DNA of 64,000 nt from Ferruginibacter sp. (GTDB lineage Bacteria > Bacteroidota > Bacteroidia > Chitinophagales > Chitinophagaceae): contig JBBJMM010000015.1 of the NCBI GenBank assembly GCA_037720515.1, positions 4,621 to 68,620 on the forward strand, in the 5' to 3' direction. Below the pieces are notes generated by a model. It saw only the letters and a program-made list of their open reading frames with translations, ran no database searches and was not told the origin of the DNA. Positions 1 to 10,932 of the stretch are shown in pieces. Position 1 is the stretch's first letter. Each line of letters opens with the position of its first letter. The position numbers and the translations under genes are program-made.

Positions 1-1
1 A

Positions 2-2002
2 AGTTTTGCGGTAACATTTCCTGTTGGCATCCCTGTTAGTTTTAATTCTGCACTCATGTACAGGATAAAAGCAGTAACAAAAGCCACCGCAGATGGCACC
101 ACTTTCAGTGATGGAGAAGAAGCTGCCCTGCCGGTACTTACCAACAGAATGCTTGTTACAGAAACTTTCCCTATCAACATGCGCAATACTGCTTCAAAGA
201 ATTTCCGTTTTGAAAAATTATTAGCTGCAAATAACAGCGGTTCCTTAACCCATCATGCACTAACGGTAGAGTATACCAGCAATCCCGCATGGTATGTTGT
301 ACAGGCCCTGCCCTACCTGGCAGAGTGCCCGTATGAATCAGCAGATCAGAGTTTCATAAAATATTATGCAAATACATTGGCGGGATTTATCGCAAATGCA
401 TCTCCCAAATTAAAAGCTGTATTTGATAAATGGAGAATAACAGATACGGCGGCCCTGCAAAGCAACCTGCAGAAAAATGAAGAACTAAAATCAATATTGT
501 TACAGGAGACACCCTGGGTAATGGAAGCAAAAAATGAAGCACAGCAAAAAAAGAATATTGCTCTGCTGTTTGACATGGTTCGCATTGCTAAAGAAAGTGA
601 ACAGTCATTAAATAAGCTAAAAGCAATGCAATCACCGAATGGTGGATTTGTATGGTTCAAAGGCGGACCGGATGACAGGTACATTACCCAATACATTATT
701 ACCGGAATTGGCCATTTAAAAAAATTAAATGCTATCCGTGGAGATGAATATGAAAAATTAAAACCTGTAATACAAAAAGCACTTCCTTATCTGGATGCAC
801 GCTTGAAAGAAGAATATGATAACCTCATAAAATATAAAGCAAATCTTAAGAACAATAATCTTTCCTACATGGCGATTCAGTACCTGTACATGCGGAGCTT
901 TTTTAAAGATGATAAGATATCCGGTAATGCACAGGTGGCATACAATTATTACAAAGATCAGGCTCAGAAATTCTGGTTATCCAATTCGAGGTATATGCAG
1001 GGAATGATCGCCTTGGCATTGTTCAGAACAGGGGACGAAAAAATACCACAGGCAATAATAAGATCACTTAAAGAAAATGCTATTTATAAAGAAGAAATGG
1101 GAATGTACTGGAAAGAATATACTACAGGAGGTTATTACTGGCACCAGGCCCCAATTGAAAGCCAGGCTTTACTGATAGAAGCCTTCAGCGATATTGACAA
1201 AGACGTTAAAATAGTTGATGACCTTAAGACGTGGTTGTTAAAACAAAAGCAAACACAGAACTGGCATACAACTAAAGCAACTGCAGAAGCCTGCTATGCA
1301 CTTTTATTGAACGGAAGCAACTGGCTTTCAGAAGAAAAAGAAGTAATTATAACCTTAGGTAATACCATCTTAAAGAGTTCTGACATTGCTAGTGAAGCAG
1401 GTACCGGGTATTTCAAAAAATACATTCCGGGAGACAAAGTGCAACAGGGTTTGGGAAATATAAATGTTGCAATTAAAGCAACTACTCAACAACCAAACAC
1501 CACAAGCACTAGCTGGGGAGCAGTATACTGGCAGTATTTTGAAGAACTTGATAAAATATCTTCTGCAGAAACTCCTTTAAAACTGGTAAAAAAATTATTT
1601 ATAGAAAAGAACTCTGATAAAGGTCCGGTTTTACAATCTTTAAATGAGGGAGATGATCTGCATATTGGCGACAAGGTGAAAGTAAGGATTGAATTAAGAG
1701 TTGACCGGGACATGGAATATCTGCACATGAAAGATATGCGTGCTTCTGCAATGGAACCCGTGAATGTGATAAGCCAGTACAAATACCAGGGCGGACTTGG
1801 TTATTACGAAAGCACAAAAGATGCAAGTACCAATTTCTTTTTTGGATGGCTGCCCCGGGGCACCTATGTTTTTGAATATCCCCTGTTTGTAACTCACAGC
1901 GGTAATTTCAGCAATGGAATAGCTACTATTCAATCTTTTTATGCACCCGAATTTTCCAGTCACAGCAATGGTATCCGCATTAATGTAGCGGGCAAAAAAT
2001 AG
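2..2002 (+). CDS. Alpha-2-macroglobulin family protein, C-terminal part (5' end outside window)
   Basis: Frame open from base 2 to TAG at 2002; LPVLTNRMLVTETFP, LPYLxExPYE, LKAMQSPNGGFVWFKGG, WLLKQKQTQNWHTTKATAEA and C-terminal GDKVKVRIELRVDRDMEYLHMKDMR / GTYVFEYPL...FYAPEF are typical bacterial A2M motifs. Confidence 0.9.
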   Translation, partial: SFAVTFPVGIPVSFNSALMYRIKAVTKATADGTTFSDGEEAALPVLTNRMLVTETFPINMRNTASKNFRFEKLLAANNSGSLTHHALTVEYTSNPAWYVVQALPYLAECPYESADQSFIKYYANTLAGFIANASPKLKAVFDKWRITDTAALQSNLQKNEELKSILLQETPWVMEAKNEAQQKKNIALLFDMVRIAKESEQSLNKLKAMQSPNGGFVWFKGGPDDRYITQYIITGIGHLKKLNAIRGDEYEKLKPVIQKALPYLDARLKEEYDNLIKYKANLKNNNLSYMAIQYLYMRSFFKDDKISGNAQVAYNYYKDQAQKFWLSNSRYMQGMIALALFRTGDEKIPQAIIRSLKENAIYKEEMGMYWKEYTTGGYYWHQAPIESQALLIEAFSDIDKDVKIVDDLKTWLLKQKQTQNWHTTKATAEACYALLLNGSNWLSEEKEVIITLGNTILKSSDIASEAGTGYFKKYIPGDKVQQGLGNINVAIKATTQQPNTTSTSWGAVYWQYFEELDKISSAETPLKLVKKLFIEKNSDKGPVLQSLNEGDDLHIGDKVKVRIELRVDRDMEYLHMKDMRASAMEPVNVISQYKYQGGLGYYESTKDASTNFFFGWLPRGTYVFEYPLFVTHSGNFSNGIATIQSFYAPEFSSHSNGIRINVAGKK

Positions 2003-2017
2003 TATTTAAAACTCCCT

Positions 2018-2046
2018 ATCCCTCCACTTTTGGAGGGATTTTTTTG
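2018..2046 (+). terminator. Rho-independent terminator
   Basis: ATCCCTCCA-CTTT-TGGAGGGAT stem-loop followed by a T tract, 16 bp after the A2M stop. Confidence 0.85.
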
Positions 2047-2145
2047 CTTTGTTGAAAATAAATACTGAATAATTATATAATCGCAAAGATGTTTATGAAA
2101 AATATTGATATTGCAGGTAATACTCACTCAACCAGCGATCACTAA

Positions 2146-2613
2146 ATGATAAACAGGTCAGATCTTATCACAGATGAATTTGAAATTACTTCGATGCCGG
2201 CAACACATGGTGCTGATAAGGAAAAGGTATTTACTATACCTCAACGCTATCGCCGGATGGAAAACCTGCATATATTATTCTGGCTTTTGAAAGACATAAG
2301 CTGGTGCATGGTGTGGCGGGAACTTGGACTGGCTATGATCATTCCTACACTTACTATTGCAATAGTGATCACGATCAGAACAAGAAAGTACATGAGTGAA
2401 TTCTGTCATAATCTTGCGGTTGTTTTCTGGATCATTGCAAATTCTTATTGGATGGTTAGTGAATTTTTTGTTTTTGACAGTTACCCGTTAAACTTTTATG
2501 ATTATAGTTTTAAAGACCTTTCTTTTGTACCCTTCAGTTTAGGAATATTGGTACTTGCTTTTTATTACCTGTGGTGGAAACCACGAAATAAAGCAGTTAT
2601 TGAAACAATGTAA
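2146..2613 (+). CDS. Hypothetical membrane protein (about 4 TM segments)
   Basis: 155 aa ORF, several hydrophobic helices, ENLHILFWLLKDISW motif. Confidence 0.75.
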   Translation: MINRSDLITDEFEITSMPATHGADKEKVFTIPQRYRRMENLHILFWLLKDISWCMVWRELGLAMIIPTLTIAIVITIRTRKYMSEFCHNLAVVFWIIANSYWMVSEFFVFDSYPLNFYDYSFKDLSFVPFSLGILVLAFYYLWWKPRNKAVIETM

Positions 2614-2659
2614 ATATTAAGTATCACTCGCCTCAAACTGCCTGGGGTTGATTACATTC

Positions 2660-2881
2660 CTAATACCTTTGCAGTCTTTGTGTATTCTTTGTGGTGCATT
2701 TCCTCTGTGAACTTTTTGGTTAAGTTTTTACCACAAAGGACACCAGGTTTTTCATTAAGGGTACAAAGAAATATTTGTTTTTAACCTAAAGGCTTATGTG
2801 GTTAACTTTTTACCACAAAGGGAACCAAGTTTTTCACTAAGGGCACAAAGAATAATTTGTTTTTAACCTAAAAGCCTTTGA
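2660..2881. repeat. CACAAAG-type intergenic repeat cluster with an 82-bp tandem duplication
   Basis: CTTTGTG...CTTTGTGGT (2676-2695) faces ACCACAAAGG copies; units 2718-2799 and 2800-2881 are near-identical. Confidence 0.75.
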
Positions 2882-2905
2882 GGTATATAAAAGAATTCCG
2901 GAGCG

Positions 2906-2913
2906 TATATTTG
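2906..2913 (+). promoter_or_regulatory. Bacteroidetes housekeeping -7 box for aspS
   Basis: TATATTTG matches TAnnTTTG, 21 bp upstream of the aspS ATG. Confidence 0.6.
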
Positions 2914-2934
2914 CCGCTAAATAGTTAACATCTA

Positions 2935-4767
2935 ATGTATAGAACACATACCTGTGGAGAGCTGAGAATTAGCGATGCAAAAAAGGAAGTTACCTTATCG
3001 GGATGGGTACAAACTGTTCGGAAATTCGGAAGCATAACTTTTGTGGATTTGAGAGACCGGTATGGAATCACCCAATTGCTTTTTTCTGAAAATTTAAATG
3101 GTGAGCTGGATGCTAATCCTTTGGGCCGTGAATTTGTTTTGCAGGTAACCGGTACCGTTAATGAGCGTTCCAGTAAAAATTCCAATATTCATACCGGGGA
3201 TATAGAGATCCTCGTATCAAAATTTAATATTTTAAACCGGTCGTCTACCCCACCTTTTACCATCCAGGATGATACTGATGGCGGAGATGATATCAGGATG
3301 AAGTACAGGTTTCTCGACCTTAGGAGAAATGCCGTTAAAAAAAATTTAGAATTGCGGTATGCTGTTAGTCGCAGTGCCAGGAACTATCTGCACGAGAAAC
3401 AGTTCATGGATATAGAAACTCCTTTCCTTATAAAATCCACACCGGAAGGTGCCAGGGATTTTGTAGTTCCCTCACGTATGAACCCCGGCCAGTTTTATGC
3501 TTTGCCACAATCACCTCAAACTTTTAAACAGTTGCTTATGGTAAGCGGGTATGACCGCTATTACCAGATCGTAAAATGTTTCAGGGATGAGGATCTGAGA
3601 GCTGACAGGCAGCCGGAATTTACACAGATAGATTGTGAGATGGCATTTGTAGAGCAGGAAGACATTTTAATTATGTTTGAAGGAATGCTGCGCCATATCT
3701 TCAAAGATGTAAAAAATATAGTTCTCCCGGAGAAGATCGAACGCATGAGCTGGGAGGAAGCCATGTGGCTTTATGGAAATGATAAACCTGATATACGTTT
3801 TGATATAAAGCTCTCCAATATTAAATTCCCTTTATATACCCATCCTTCCAGGGAGGAACATTCAGATCTCATAAATGGAACAGATTTTAAGGTTTTTAAT
3901 GAGGCTGAAACTATAATCGCAATAAATATTCCCGGGGGAAGCGAATACACACGCAAGCAAACAGATGAACTAACGGAGTGGGTTAAACGACCCCAGGTTG
4001 GCATGAACGGCCTTGTGTATATTAAAGTGAATAGGGATAAATCTTATAAAAGCAGTGTTGATAAATTTTATGATGCCGACAAACTCGGGGCTATTGCACG
4101 CTTTGTTAAAGCACAACCGGGTGATCTGATACTGTTACTCGCAGGTGCAGAAGAAAAAACTCGGAAAGCTGCCAGTGACCTGAGATTGTATATGGGTGAA
4201 AAATTAGGTTTGAGAAAACCGGAAGAATTTAAATTATTGTGGGTTTTGGATTTCCCTTTATTTGAATATGATGCGGAAGGAAACCGCTGGGTGGCACGTC
4301 ACCATCCTTTTACTTCTCCAAAACCGGATCATATAGAGAGGATGATCAGCAACGACCCTGTTATTAAAGATGCTGCAGGTTATCTTGCACACCCTTATGC
4401 TTCAATAAAAGCGAATGCATATGATATGGTGATTAATGGAAACGAAATTGGCGGCGGTTCCATACGTATCTATAAAAAAGAATTACAGGAAAAAATGTTT
4501 GCTGCCTTAGGAATGGATGCAGAAGAACAACAACATAAATTCGGATTTCTACTGGGCGCCTTTGAATATGGTGCACCTCCGCATGGTGGGCTTGCCTTTG
4601 GATTTGACCGCCTGTGTGCTATATTGGGTGGAAGTGAAAGTATCCGTGATTTTATTGCTTTTCCTAAAAACAACAGTGGCCGCGATGTTATGCTGGATGC
4701 TCCTTCGAGTATTGATGAAAAACAACTGGTTGAATTACAAATTAAGACCGACCTAAAACAAGCATAA
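2935..4767 (+). CDS. aspS: Aspartate--tRNA ligase
   Basis: [11 protein letters not shown] start, [56 protein letters not shown]. Confidence 0.98.
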   Translation: MYRTHTCGELRISDAKKEVTLSGWVQTVRKFGSITFVDLRDRYGITQLLFSENLNGELDANPLGREFVLQVTGTVNERSSKNSNIHTGDIEILVSKFNILNRSSTPPFTIQDDTDGGDDIRMKYRFLDLRRNAVKKNLELRYAVSRSARNYLHEKQFMDIETPFLIKSTPEGARDFVVPSRMNPGQFYALPQSPQTFKQLLMVSGYDRYYQIVKCFRDEDLRADRQPEFTQIDCEMAFVEQEDILIMFEGMLRHIFKDVKNIVLPEKIERMSWEEAMWLYGNDKPDIRFDIKLSNIKFPLYTHPSREEHSDLINGTDFKVFNEAETIIAINIPGGSEYTRKQTDELTEWVKRPQVGMNGLVYIKVNRDKSYKSSVDKFYDADKLGAIARFVKAQPGDLILLLAGAEEKTRKAASDLRLYMGEKLGLRKPEEFKLLWVLDFPLFEYDAEGNRWVARHHPFTSPKPDHIERMISNDPVIKDAAGYLAHPYASIKANAYDMVINGNEIGGGSIRIYKKELQEKMFAALGMDAEEQQHKFGFLLGAFEYGAPPHGGLAFGFDRLCAILGGSESIRDFIAFPKNNSGRDVMLDAPSSIDEKQLVELQIKTDLKQA

Positions 4768-4806
4768 ATATATTTCCTTACTGTACCTTAGCTATTATAT
4801 TCAATT

Positions 4807-5670
4807 ATGAAAAACTTTATCTCACTCATAGCATTGTATTCGTTGTTTCTTGCATCATGTACCAAAGAAGAAACTTCTCAACCACCACAGGTAATTGTAT
4901 CTGAAAAAACGATGTTGAATGTTTCTTACGGTACAGCTGTTTCTCAGAATATGGATGTTTACCTGCCAGCCAACAGAACTACTGCTACCACAAAAGTTGT
5001 GATCATGATCCATGGAGGAGGATGGAGTACAGGGGATAAAGCAGATTTTACTTCTTATGTGGATACATTAAAGAACAGGTTACCCTCTTATGCCATAATT
5101 AATATAAACTACCGCCTGGCTTCCACCGGGGTTAATCTTTTTCCCACCCAGGAAAATGATGTAAAGTCTGCCATTGATTTTATTTATTCAAAAAGGGGAG
5201 AATATGGCATCAGTGATAAATTTGTTTTATTAGGTGCAAGTGCTGGCGCACACCTGGCTATGTTGCATGCATATAAATACACAACTCCAGTTAAAATAAA
5301 AGCAGTGATAGATTTTTTCGGGCCGGCAGATATGACTGCCATGTATAACAATCCTGCTTCCATTTACGCGCCACCTGCTGCAATAGCCGCAGTTGTTGGC
5401 GGAACACCTGCAAGTAATCCACTCATATACCAGCAATCAAGCCCTATAAATTATGTAACGGCACAAACTCCGCCCACTTTGATCTTACAGGGAGGTGTGG
5501 ATATTTTGGTAGCTCCTTCTCAATCATCCGCACTTCAATTTAAATTAGAGAGTATGGGTGTTATACATGAATATGTTTTTTATCCTACAGAAAACCATGG
5601 TTGGACAGGTGCAAACCTGGTACATTCTTTTCAAAAGATTCAGTTTTTTCTTGCAGCCAATGTGCAGTAA
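4807..5670 (+). CDS. Alpha/beta hydrolase (esterase/lipase) lipoprotein
   Basis: Lipobox LASC, HGGGW oxyanion motif, GASAG nucleophile elbow, Asp (GGVDILV) and His (NHGW). Confidence 0.9.
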   Translation: MKNFISLIALYSLFLASCTKEETSQPPQVIVSEKTMLNVSYGTAVSQNMDVYLPANRTTATTKVVIMIHGGGWSTGDKADFTSYVDTLKNRLPSYAIININYRLASTGVNLFPTQENDVKSAIDFIYSKRGEYGISDKFVLLGASAGAHLAMLHAYKYTTPVKIKAVIDFFGPADMTAMYNNPASIYAPPAAIAAVVGGTPASNPLIYQQSSPINYVTAQTPPTLILQGGVDILVAPSQSSALQFKLESMGVIHEYVFYPTENHGWTGANLVHSFQKIQFFLAANVQ

Positions 5671-5718
5671 TGACTTTTTTTATAACCGTTTTCACAACTA
5701 TAATTTTAAATTGCTGTA

Positions 5719-6987
5719 ATGAAATGGTTATGGTTGCTTTTTTCGCTGATCGTATCTTCCACCCTGAAGGCGCAATCCACCTTACCGGTATATAAAGATG
5801 CGCTTACCTCACAAAGAGCAAAGCTTTATAATTCCCTTTTAAATAATACGATAAGAAAAAACTTATTTGTTCAACTTACCGATAGTACGGAAGATATTTG
5901 GGAAGATGCTTTTTATGCTTTAGAACTTATCCAGCATAAAACTCCCTGGATAGATCAGAAAATAAGTGTTGCTGTTAAAGATATACAAAACAGGAGCATA
6001 CATTTCCAGAGATCATTGCTTGAATTATTGTATTCAAATTACACGGGGATGTTTCTGCGGCAGGTACAAAGCCTCCTTGTTACAACCAATGATCCTAAAA
6101 TATTTACCATGTCGGGCGAATATCTTCTGAGGGAAATTGCAACTACTTCAGAAAAAGATCTTTTATTCTCTATTGCAAAAAAAAGGGAGCGTGAAAACTT
6201 ATCCGGTCCGCATGTAGAACAGTTCATTCAAAATATAAAGAATACCGGTAAAGAATTTATTACACCCCGGTTCCATAGTTTATTAAAAAAAGATTTCCTG
6301 CCCGGAAATGTGCTGATGATCAGTTTTCAGAGAAAGAACAGGGATTACCCGGGATTGGTTATGGTGCGCGATACAAGTGGAAATTTTATAAAAGACAGTT
6401 CAGTTTTTTTTTCTGTTCCACAATTAGCCCGAAGTATTAATAATTTGCCTGGTTATCTTACTAATGGCAATACGCCTGAAGGATTGTTTAGGATGGATGG
6501 CTTTGATGTTTCGCGGATCGGTATGATCGGGCCTACAACAAATGTGCAGCTTACTATGCCTTTTGAATTCCATGCGAAACACTTTTACAAAGATTCATCC
6601 ATAACAGATACGATTGGAAATATATCCATGTATAAAAAATTGTTACCGGAAGATCTAAAAGATCATTATCCCCTGTTGCAATCTTTTTACGCAGGTATGG
6701 CAGGCCGCACCGAGATCATTGCACATGGAACAACTGTGGATCCTTCTTATTATGAAAAACGGCCTTATTTTCCTCTTACGCCTACCATGGGTTGTTTATG
6801 TACAAAGGAGATCTGGAGTAAGGATAATGGAGAGCGCCTTCAAAGTGATCAGCAACTGCTTATCAATGCGATCAATGAGGCCGGGGGTGCTGATGGTTAT
6901 GTTATAGTTATAAATATTGATGATAAACCTGCCCCGGTAACACTGAATGATATCATTCCTTTTTTAAAATTAGCCGGGCAAAAATAA
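5719..6987 (+). CDS. Secreted hypothetical protein, possible L,D-transpeptidase-like C-terminal domain
   Basis: Signal peptide; TPEGLF, IIAHG and TMGC motifs in YkuD-like order. Confidence 0.6.
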   Translation: MKWLWLLFSLIVSSTLKAQSTLPVYKDALTSQRAKLYNSLLNNTIRKNLFVQLTDSTEDIWEDAFYALELIQHKTPWIDQKISVAVKDIQNRSIHFQRSLLELLYSNYTGMFLRQVQSLLVTTNDPKIFTMSGEYLLREIATTSEKDLLFSIAKKRERENLSGPHVEQFIQNIKNTGKEFITPRFHSLLKKDFLPGNVLMISFQRKNRDYPGLVMVRDTSGNFIKDSSVFFSVPQLARSINNLPGYLTNGNTPEGLFRMDGFDVSRIGMIGPTTNVQLTMPFEFHAKHFYKDSSITDTIGNISMYKKLLPEDLKDHYPLLQSFYAGMAGRTEIIAHGTTVDPSYYEKRPYFPLTPTMGCLCTKEIWSKDNGERLQSDQQLLINAINEAGGADGYVIVINIDDKPAPVTLNDIIPFLKLAGQK

Positions 6988-7015
6988 TTGTCTTGGAAAG
7001 TATGTGGGTATGCTT

Positions 7016-7271
7016 ACGCAAAGGAAGGAACGAAGCTGCACAAAGAATTTTAACCGCTGAGGCGGGGAGACGCAGAGTAATTTTATTTAACCGATAAGAC
7101 AGGAAGGAATTAAGCTTCGCAAGGAAAAAATTTTAGTAGAACCTCACCGTCTTGTGCCTCAGCGGTTAAAATTTTAGAATAAATTATAGCGAAACCTTTG
7201 TCTCTTTGCACCTCCGCGGTTAAACAAACCGAAATGTAGCCGCGCATTAAAAAGGGGGTATATTAGCGTAT
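7016..7271. repeat. GCGGTTAAA/CGCAAAG-type inverted-repeat cluster
   Basis: Perfect 16-bp IR TTTTAACCGCTGAGGC (7048-7063) / GCCTCAGCGGTTAAAA (7156-7171); a further CCTCCGCGGTTAAAC copy near 7211; the tail is shared with 10231-10340. Confidence 0.8.
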
Positions 7272-7319
7272 AAACAAATAAAGTGAAACCTTACTCTGAC
7301 TTAATAACAAATTTGAATC

Positions 7320-8065
7320 ATGAAACCAAAGCTTACTTTATTACTAGCACTCTTCTTAATACATCAACATATTTCCGCTCAAACTAATATTCCCACAAAA
7401 CATTTTGATTCACTATGGAATGAAACGACAAAAGACTCTGCCTTTTACATTACTAACTATGAAAAACTCGATTTAAATTTTCAAGCAAAAACATACAGGG
7501 CTAAATCAGGAAAGATATATTCAAATTCATATTTTCCAGACACTTCCTTTAGTGAACAAGTAGGGTTATACAGAAAATATTATGAAACAGGTCAAATAGA
7601 AGATTCAAGCTTTTACGATGAGGATGGAAAGATGCTAAAATCTCATTATTATTATCCAACTGGAAAGATTTGGGTGAACTACTCTAATGATTCCAAAACC
7701 GGCAAAGAAACAACGATTGCTTTTGATACAGATGGAAAGCAATTAAACGATTTCATATATTTTCGAGAAGCTGATTTCTCAGGCGGAAATAAAGAATGGC
7801 AGGCTTTCTTGGCATAAATATTAAAAGCAAAGTACCAATTAAAAAAGAAGCTCCCAATGGCACTTATAAGGTTATTATAAGATTTATAATTGATGCTAAA
7901 GGCAAAATATCCGGGATTCGACCCGAGACAAGTCTTGGCTACGGAATGGAAGATGAAGTAATGCGGGTGATTAAAAAATCTCCCAAATGGATTCCTGCGA
8001 TTTGGCTTAATAAGCCTGTTAATGCATATCGTCGTCAACCATTAACTTTTGTTGTGTCAGAATAA
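7320..8065 (+). pseudogene. TonB C-terminal domain protein with MORN/YwqK-like repeats, frameshifted
   Basis: ORF 7320-7817 ends EADFSGGNKEWQAFLA; the -1 frame continues INIKSKVP...VIIRFIIDAKG...WIPA...PLTF (TonB_C). Break near 7812. Confidence 0.75.
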
Positions 8066-8097
8066 TGAACTAATCTCCTTTAAATTCATTAAGGAAT

Positions 8098-8150
8098 TCA
8101 GCTAATAAAAGCATTAGCTAAACTGCACCAATGCTTTTATTATCGGTCAA
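8098..8150. other. attC-like hairpin between two accessory genes
   Basis: Perfect 13-bp IR TAATAAAAGCATT (8103-8115) / AATGCTTTTATTA (8130-8142) with GCTAAT and ATTATCGG ends. Confidence 0.45.
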
Positions 8151-8189
8151 TATAAAGACACTCTACTACCATTTAACAGCCTTAAAATT

Positions 8190-8654
8190 ATGACAGAAGT
8201 AGAAAAAATAATTAGCCTTTTTGAAAAACTTTATAATGGCGAACCTTGGATTGATGTTAATATTAAATCTATTTTAGAAAACATTACAGCAAAACAGGCA
8301 GATAGTAAACCTTTTCCAAATTGCAATTCTATTTGGGAAATAGTGAATCATTTAATAGAATGGAGAACAAATGTTTTGCAAAGGCTTCAAGGTGTTGTTA
8401 TAGTAACTCCTGGCAATAATTACTTTGAACCTATAGAAGATAAGTCTAACCAGGCTTGGAAAGACATACTAAAAAAATTTGAAGATTCACAAACCCAATG
8501 GATCGTTTTCTTGAAACAATTTAATCCTGAATCATTTGACTCACGATACCCTTCCAATAAAATGACTTACTATGAACACATTCAAGGTATATTACAACAC
8601 GATTCCTATCATTTAGGACAAATAGTGTTACTAATTAAAGTATTAGAGATATAA
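8190..8654 (+). CDS. DinB family protein
   Basis: G.PW N-terminus, SIWEIVNHLIEW and HDSYHLGQI metal-binding histidines. Confidence 0.9.
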   Translation: MTEVEKIISLFEKLYNGEPWIDVNIKSILENITAKQADSKPFPNCNSIWEIVNHLIEWRTNVLQRLQGVVIVTPGNNYFEPIEDKSNQAWKDILKKFEDSQTQWIVFLKQFNPESFDSRYPSNKMTYYEHIQGILQHDSYHLGQIVLLIKVLEI

Positions 8655-8879
8655 AAGATTTGCAACTTTCAATTTAGATTTTGACTTCTACTTCATTTGG
8701 CAAATTAACACCAGGCCGACAAAAAGATTATTTGTTATATTTTACATCAGCCAAACAACCCAAACAATAAACGAATGAATAGAAAAGTATATACCAAAAA
8801 TACCAGACGGAAAAGGTTAAACGTTTAATACAGAATACCAGCCCACCCCAAGCCTGCCGTTGTATTCAATACTTGACAC

Positions 8880-9472
8880 ATGCGATATAAACATTTAATT
8901 TCGTTTCTCTTACTTTTTTGTACTGCTTGCAGAAATACAAAAACCAACAAGTCAATAAGTTTGGTTGATGGGTATGGTTACTATAAACAAAATTCGCCAT
9001 CACTTTCAATACAACTTTTTGGAGACTATAAATATCAGCCACTTAAAAAAAAATACTTTCGGGACATTGACAAAAATTTTATAAAATATTCAACTCTAAA
9101 CTTAAGTTGGAAAAACCAAAATTCCTTTATACAGCTCATACAATTGTTCAACCTTACTATTCAACAATTTGCCTCCAATACCATAAAATTTCGTTAGACA
9201 GTTCTTTTATTAGTTTTATCAAAGAGCAATTAAAAGACAAATTGAATTCATCGTTTAATAATTATACAGAAATAAAACTTGATTCGAAAACTGTCTATAA
9301 AATTTCATATCAAGTAACAAATCCTGTAAATGAAATTGCTACAAGCAACACAAAATATTTTTTAAAAAAGGGAGACTATTTATATAGGCTATTATTTTGG
9401 ACAACAGACAATAATGACAAGGTTATTTCGGAAGAAGCAGAATATATAATTACTTACATTCGGTTTGATTAA
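8880..9472 (+). pseudogene. Hypothetical lipoprotein split by a frameshift
   Basis: Lipobox CTAC in ORF 8880-9197; overlapping -1 frame (open from 9071) gives ORF 9107-9472. Confidence 0.55.
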
Positions 9473-9686
9473 TACTGCATAAAACATAAGAATGCAAAAG
9501 CAGGGCTGGTTATTGTCAAATCATCAAAGTAGAGTATCAGGGCGGTTCAGGCTTCCTCCGATTATCAGCTTTATACATAACTTCAGGGTATTTTCAATTG
9601 GGCATTAGCACCAAACTGGGAACAACGAATTTCCTGACTTCAAAGACTCAAGCATTATATACTACTCAACAACCCAACATCACATT

Positions 9687-10121
9687 ATGAATCTAACTTT
9701 CAAACTTTTTTTTGTTTTAACTATTTCATTTTGCTTTTACAACTGCTCTAATACCCTTACAAAAAGCAAAAAGGCAACCGCAACCGGGCAACCCGAATTT
9801 ATAGACAATGGCAAAGCCATAGACAGTTTACTAAAAGCATATAATTGCGAAAGCGTTGAATATGACAATTGGAAAGATAACGATGCAACTGATTCTTGCC
9901 TGACAGTTTGCTTAATAAACAGCAATAAAGTTCTTGCAGGTGATAACCCTGACGAAAATGGGAACCAATTAGAAGGAATTGCTTTGTCAATAAAAAGATC
10001 TTTAGCAAAGCCGCAAAAATATAATTCCTTCTATATCATTTTTGTTAAAAAAGAAAAAGTGAACGGTGAAGATATTAGAGTTCATTCTGCAGGTATGGAA
10101 ATTAGAAGTTCAGCATTATAA
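9687..10121 (+). CDS. Hypothetical lipoprotein
   Basis: 144 aa, hydrophobic N-terminus ending FYNCS. Confidence 0.7.
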   Translation: MNLTFKLFFVLTISFCFYNCSNTLTKSKKATATGQPEFIDNGKAIDSLLKAYNCESVEYDNWKDNDATDSCLTVCLINSNKVLAGDNPDENGNQLEGIALSIKRSLAKPQKYNSFYIIFVKKEKVNGEDIRVHSAGMEIRSSAL

Positions 10122-10159
10122 ACAGCACATAACCTGCGTCTTTACCCCTCCGCTATTAT

Positions 10160-10340
10160 ACTTCACCGCAAAAACAGGAAGGCACGAAGCTTTGCAATGA
10201 TAGTTTATTAGCCCTTTGCGTTTCAGCGCCGCGGTTAAACAAACCGAAAAGTAGCCGCGTATATATTTATACTAACCTGGTAATAAGTTTTTTTTAAAAA
10301 ATATACGTCTATTAGAAAGGGGCGTATATTAGCATAAATA
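10160..10340. repeat. Copy of the GCGGTTAAA repeat composite
   Basis: CTTCACCGC..AAGGCACGAAG..GCAATGA matches 11024-11060; GCGGTTAAACAAACCGAAA(A/T)GTAGCCGCG matches 7217-7245. Confidence 0.75.
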
Positions 10341-10509
10341 CAGATGTTATAGGCAATTTAATGATACAATTAATTTTTATACTGCTAATTGGGACAATAA
10401 CAAAGATGTGTTTCTTCTTTGCCAAGCGCCAAAACATTGTAATTGTAAACGCAATCACGTATCGATAAAATGAAACTTGAAAAATTTATCAATAAATAAC
10501 TAATAAAAT

Positions 10510-10932
10510 ATGGCTACAAATATCTCAACAATTTGGCTTGATGCAACAAAAGGTAAAGTGTGGGACACCTTGACAAAACCTGAACTTATAAAACTTTGGC
10601 AATATGGTAGCGACCTTATTACGAATTGGGAAGTTGGTAGCAACATTAAATTTAGAACTGAATGGGAGGGAAAAATATTTGAACAATGGGGACAAGTTTT
10701 AGAAGTTCGACCAGGCGAATTATTGAAGTACAGTTTGTTTGCACCACGACCAGACCTTGAAGACAAACCTGAAAATTATTTCATAATGTCTTATGTATTG
10801 ACGACAGAAAATGGGCAGACTAAACTTGAAATTATACAAGAAGATAACAGATCTAATGCAGTTCAGGAAGAACCACAAGGTGATGAAAATCCAATTTTGC
10901 AATCATTAAAAAAAGTTGCAGAAACTGAGTAA
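10510..10932 (+). CDS. SRPBCC/AHSA1 domain protein
   Basis: KVWDTLTKPELIKLWQYGSDLITNWEVGSNI; typical Aha1-like layout. Confidence 0.9.
   Translation: MATNISTIWLDATKGKVWDTLTKPELIKLWQYGSDLITNWEVGSNIKFRTEWEGKIFEQWGQVLEVRPGELLKYSLFAPRPDLEDKPENYFIMSYVLTTENGQTKLEIIQEDNRSNAVQEEPQGDENPILQSLKKVAETE

Noticed and set aside
9045-9053. A9 run as the cause of the lipoprotein frameshift
   Set aside because: The downstream frame has a TGA at 9068-9070, after the run, so the break must lie beyond 9071.
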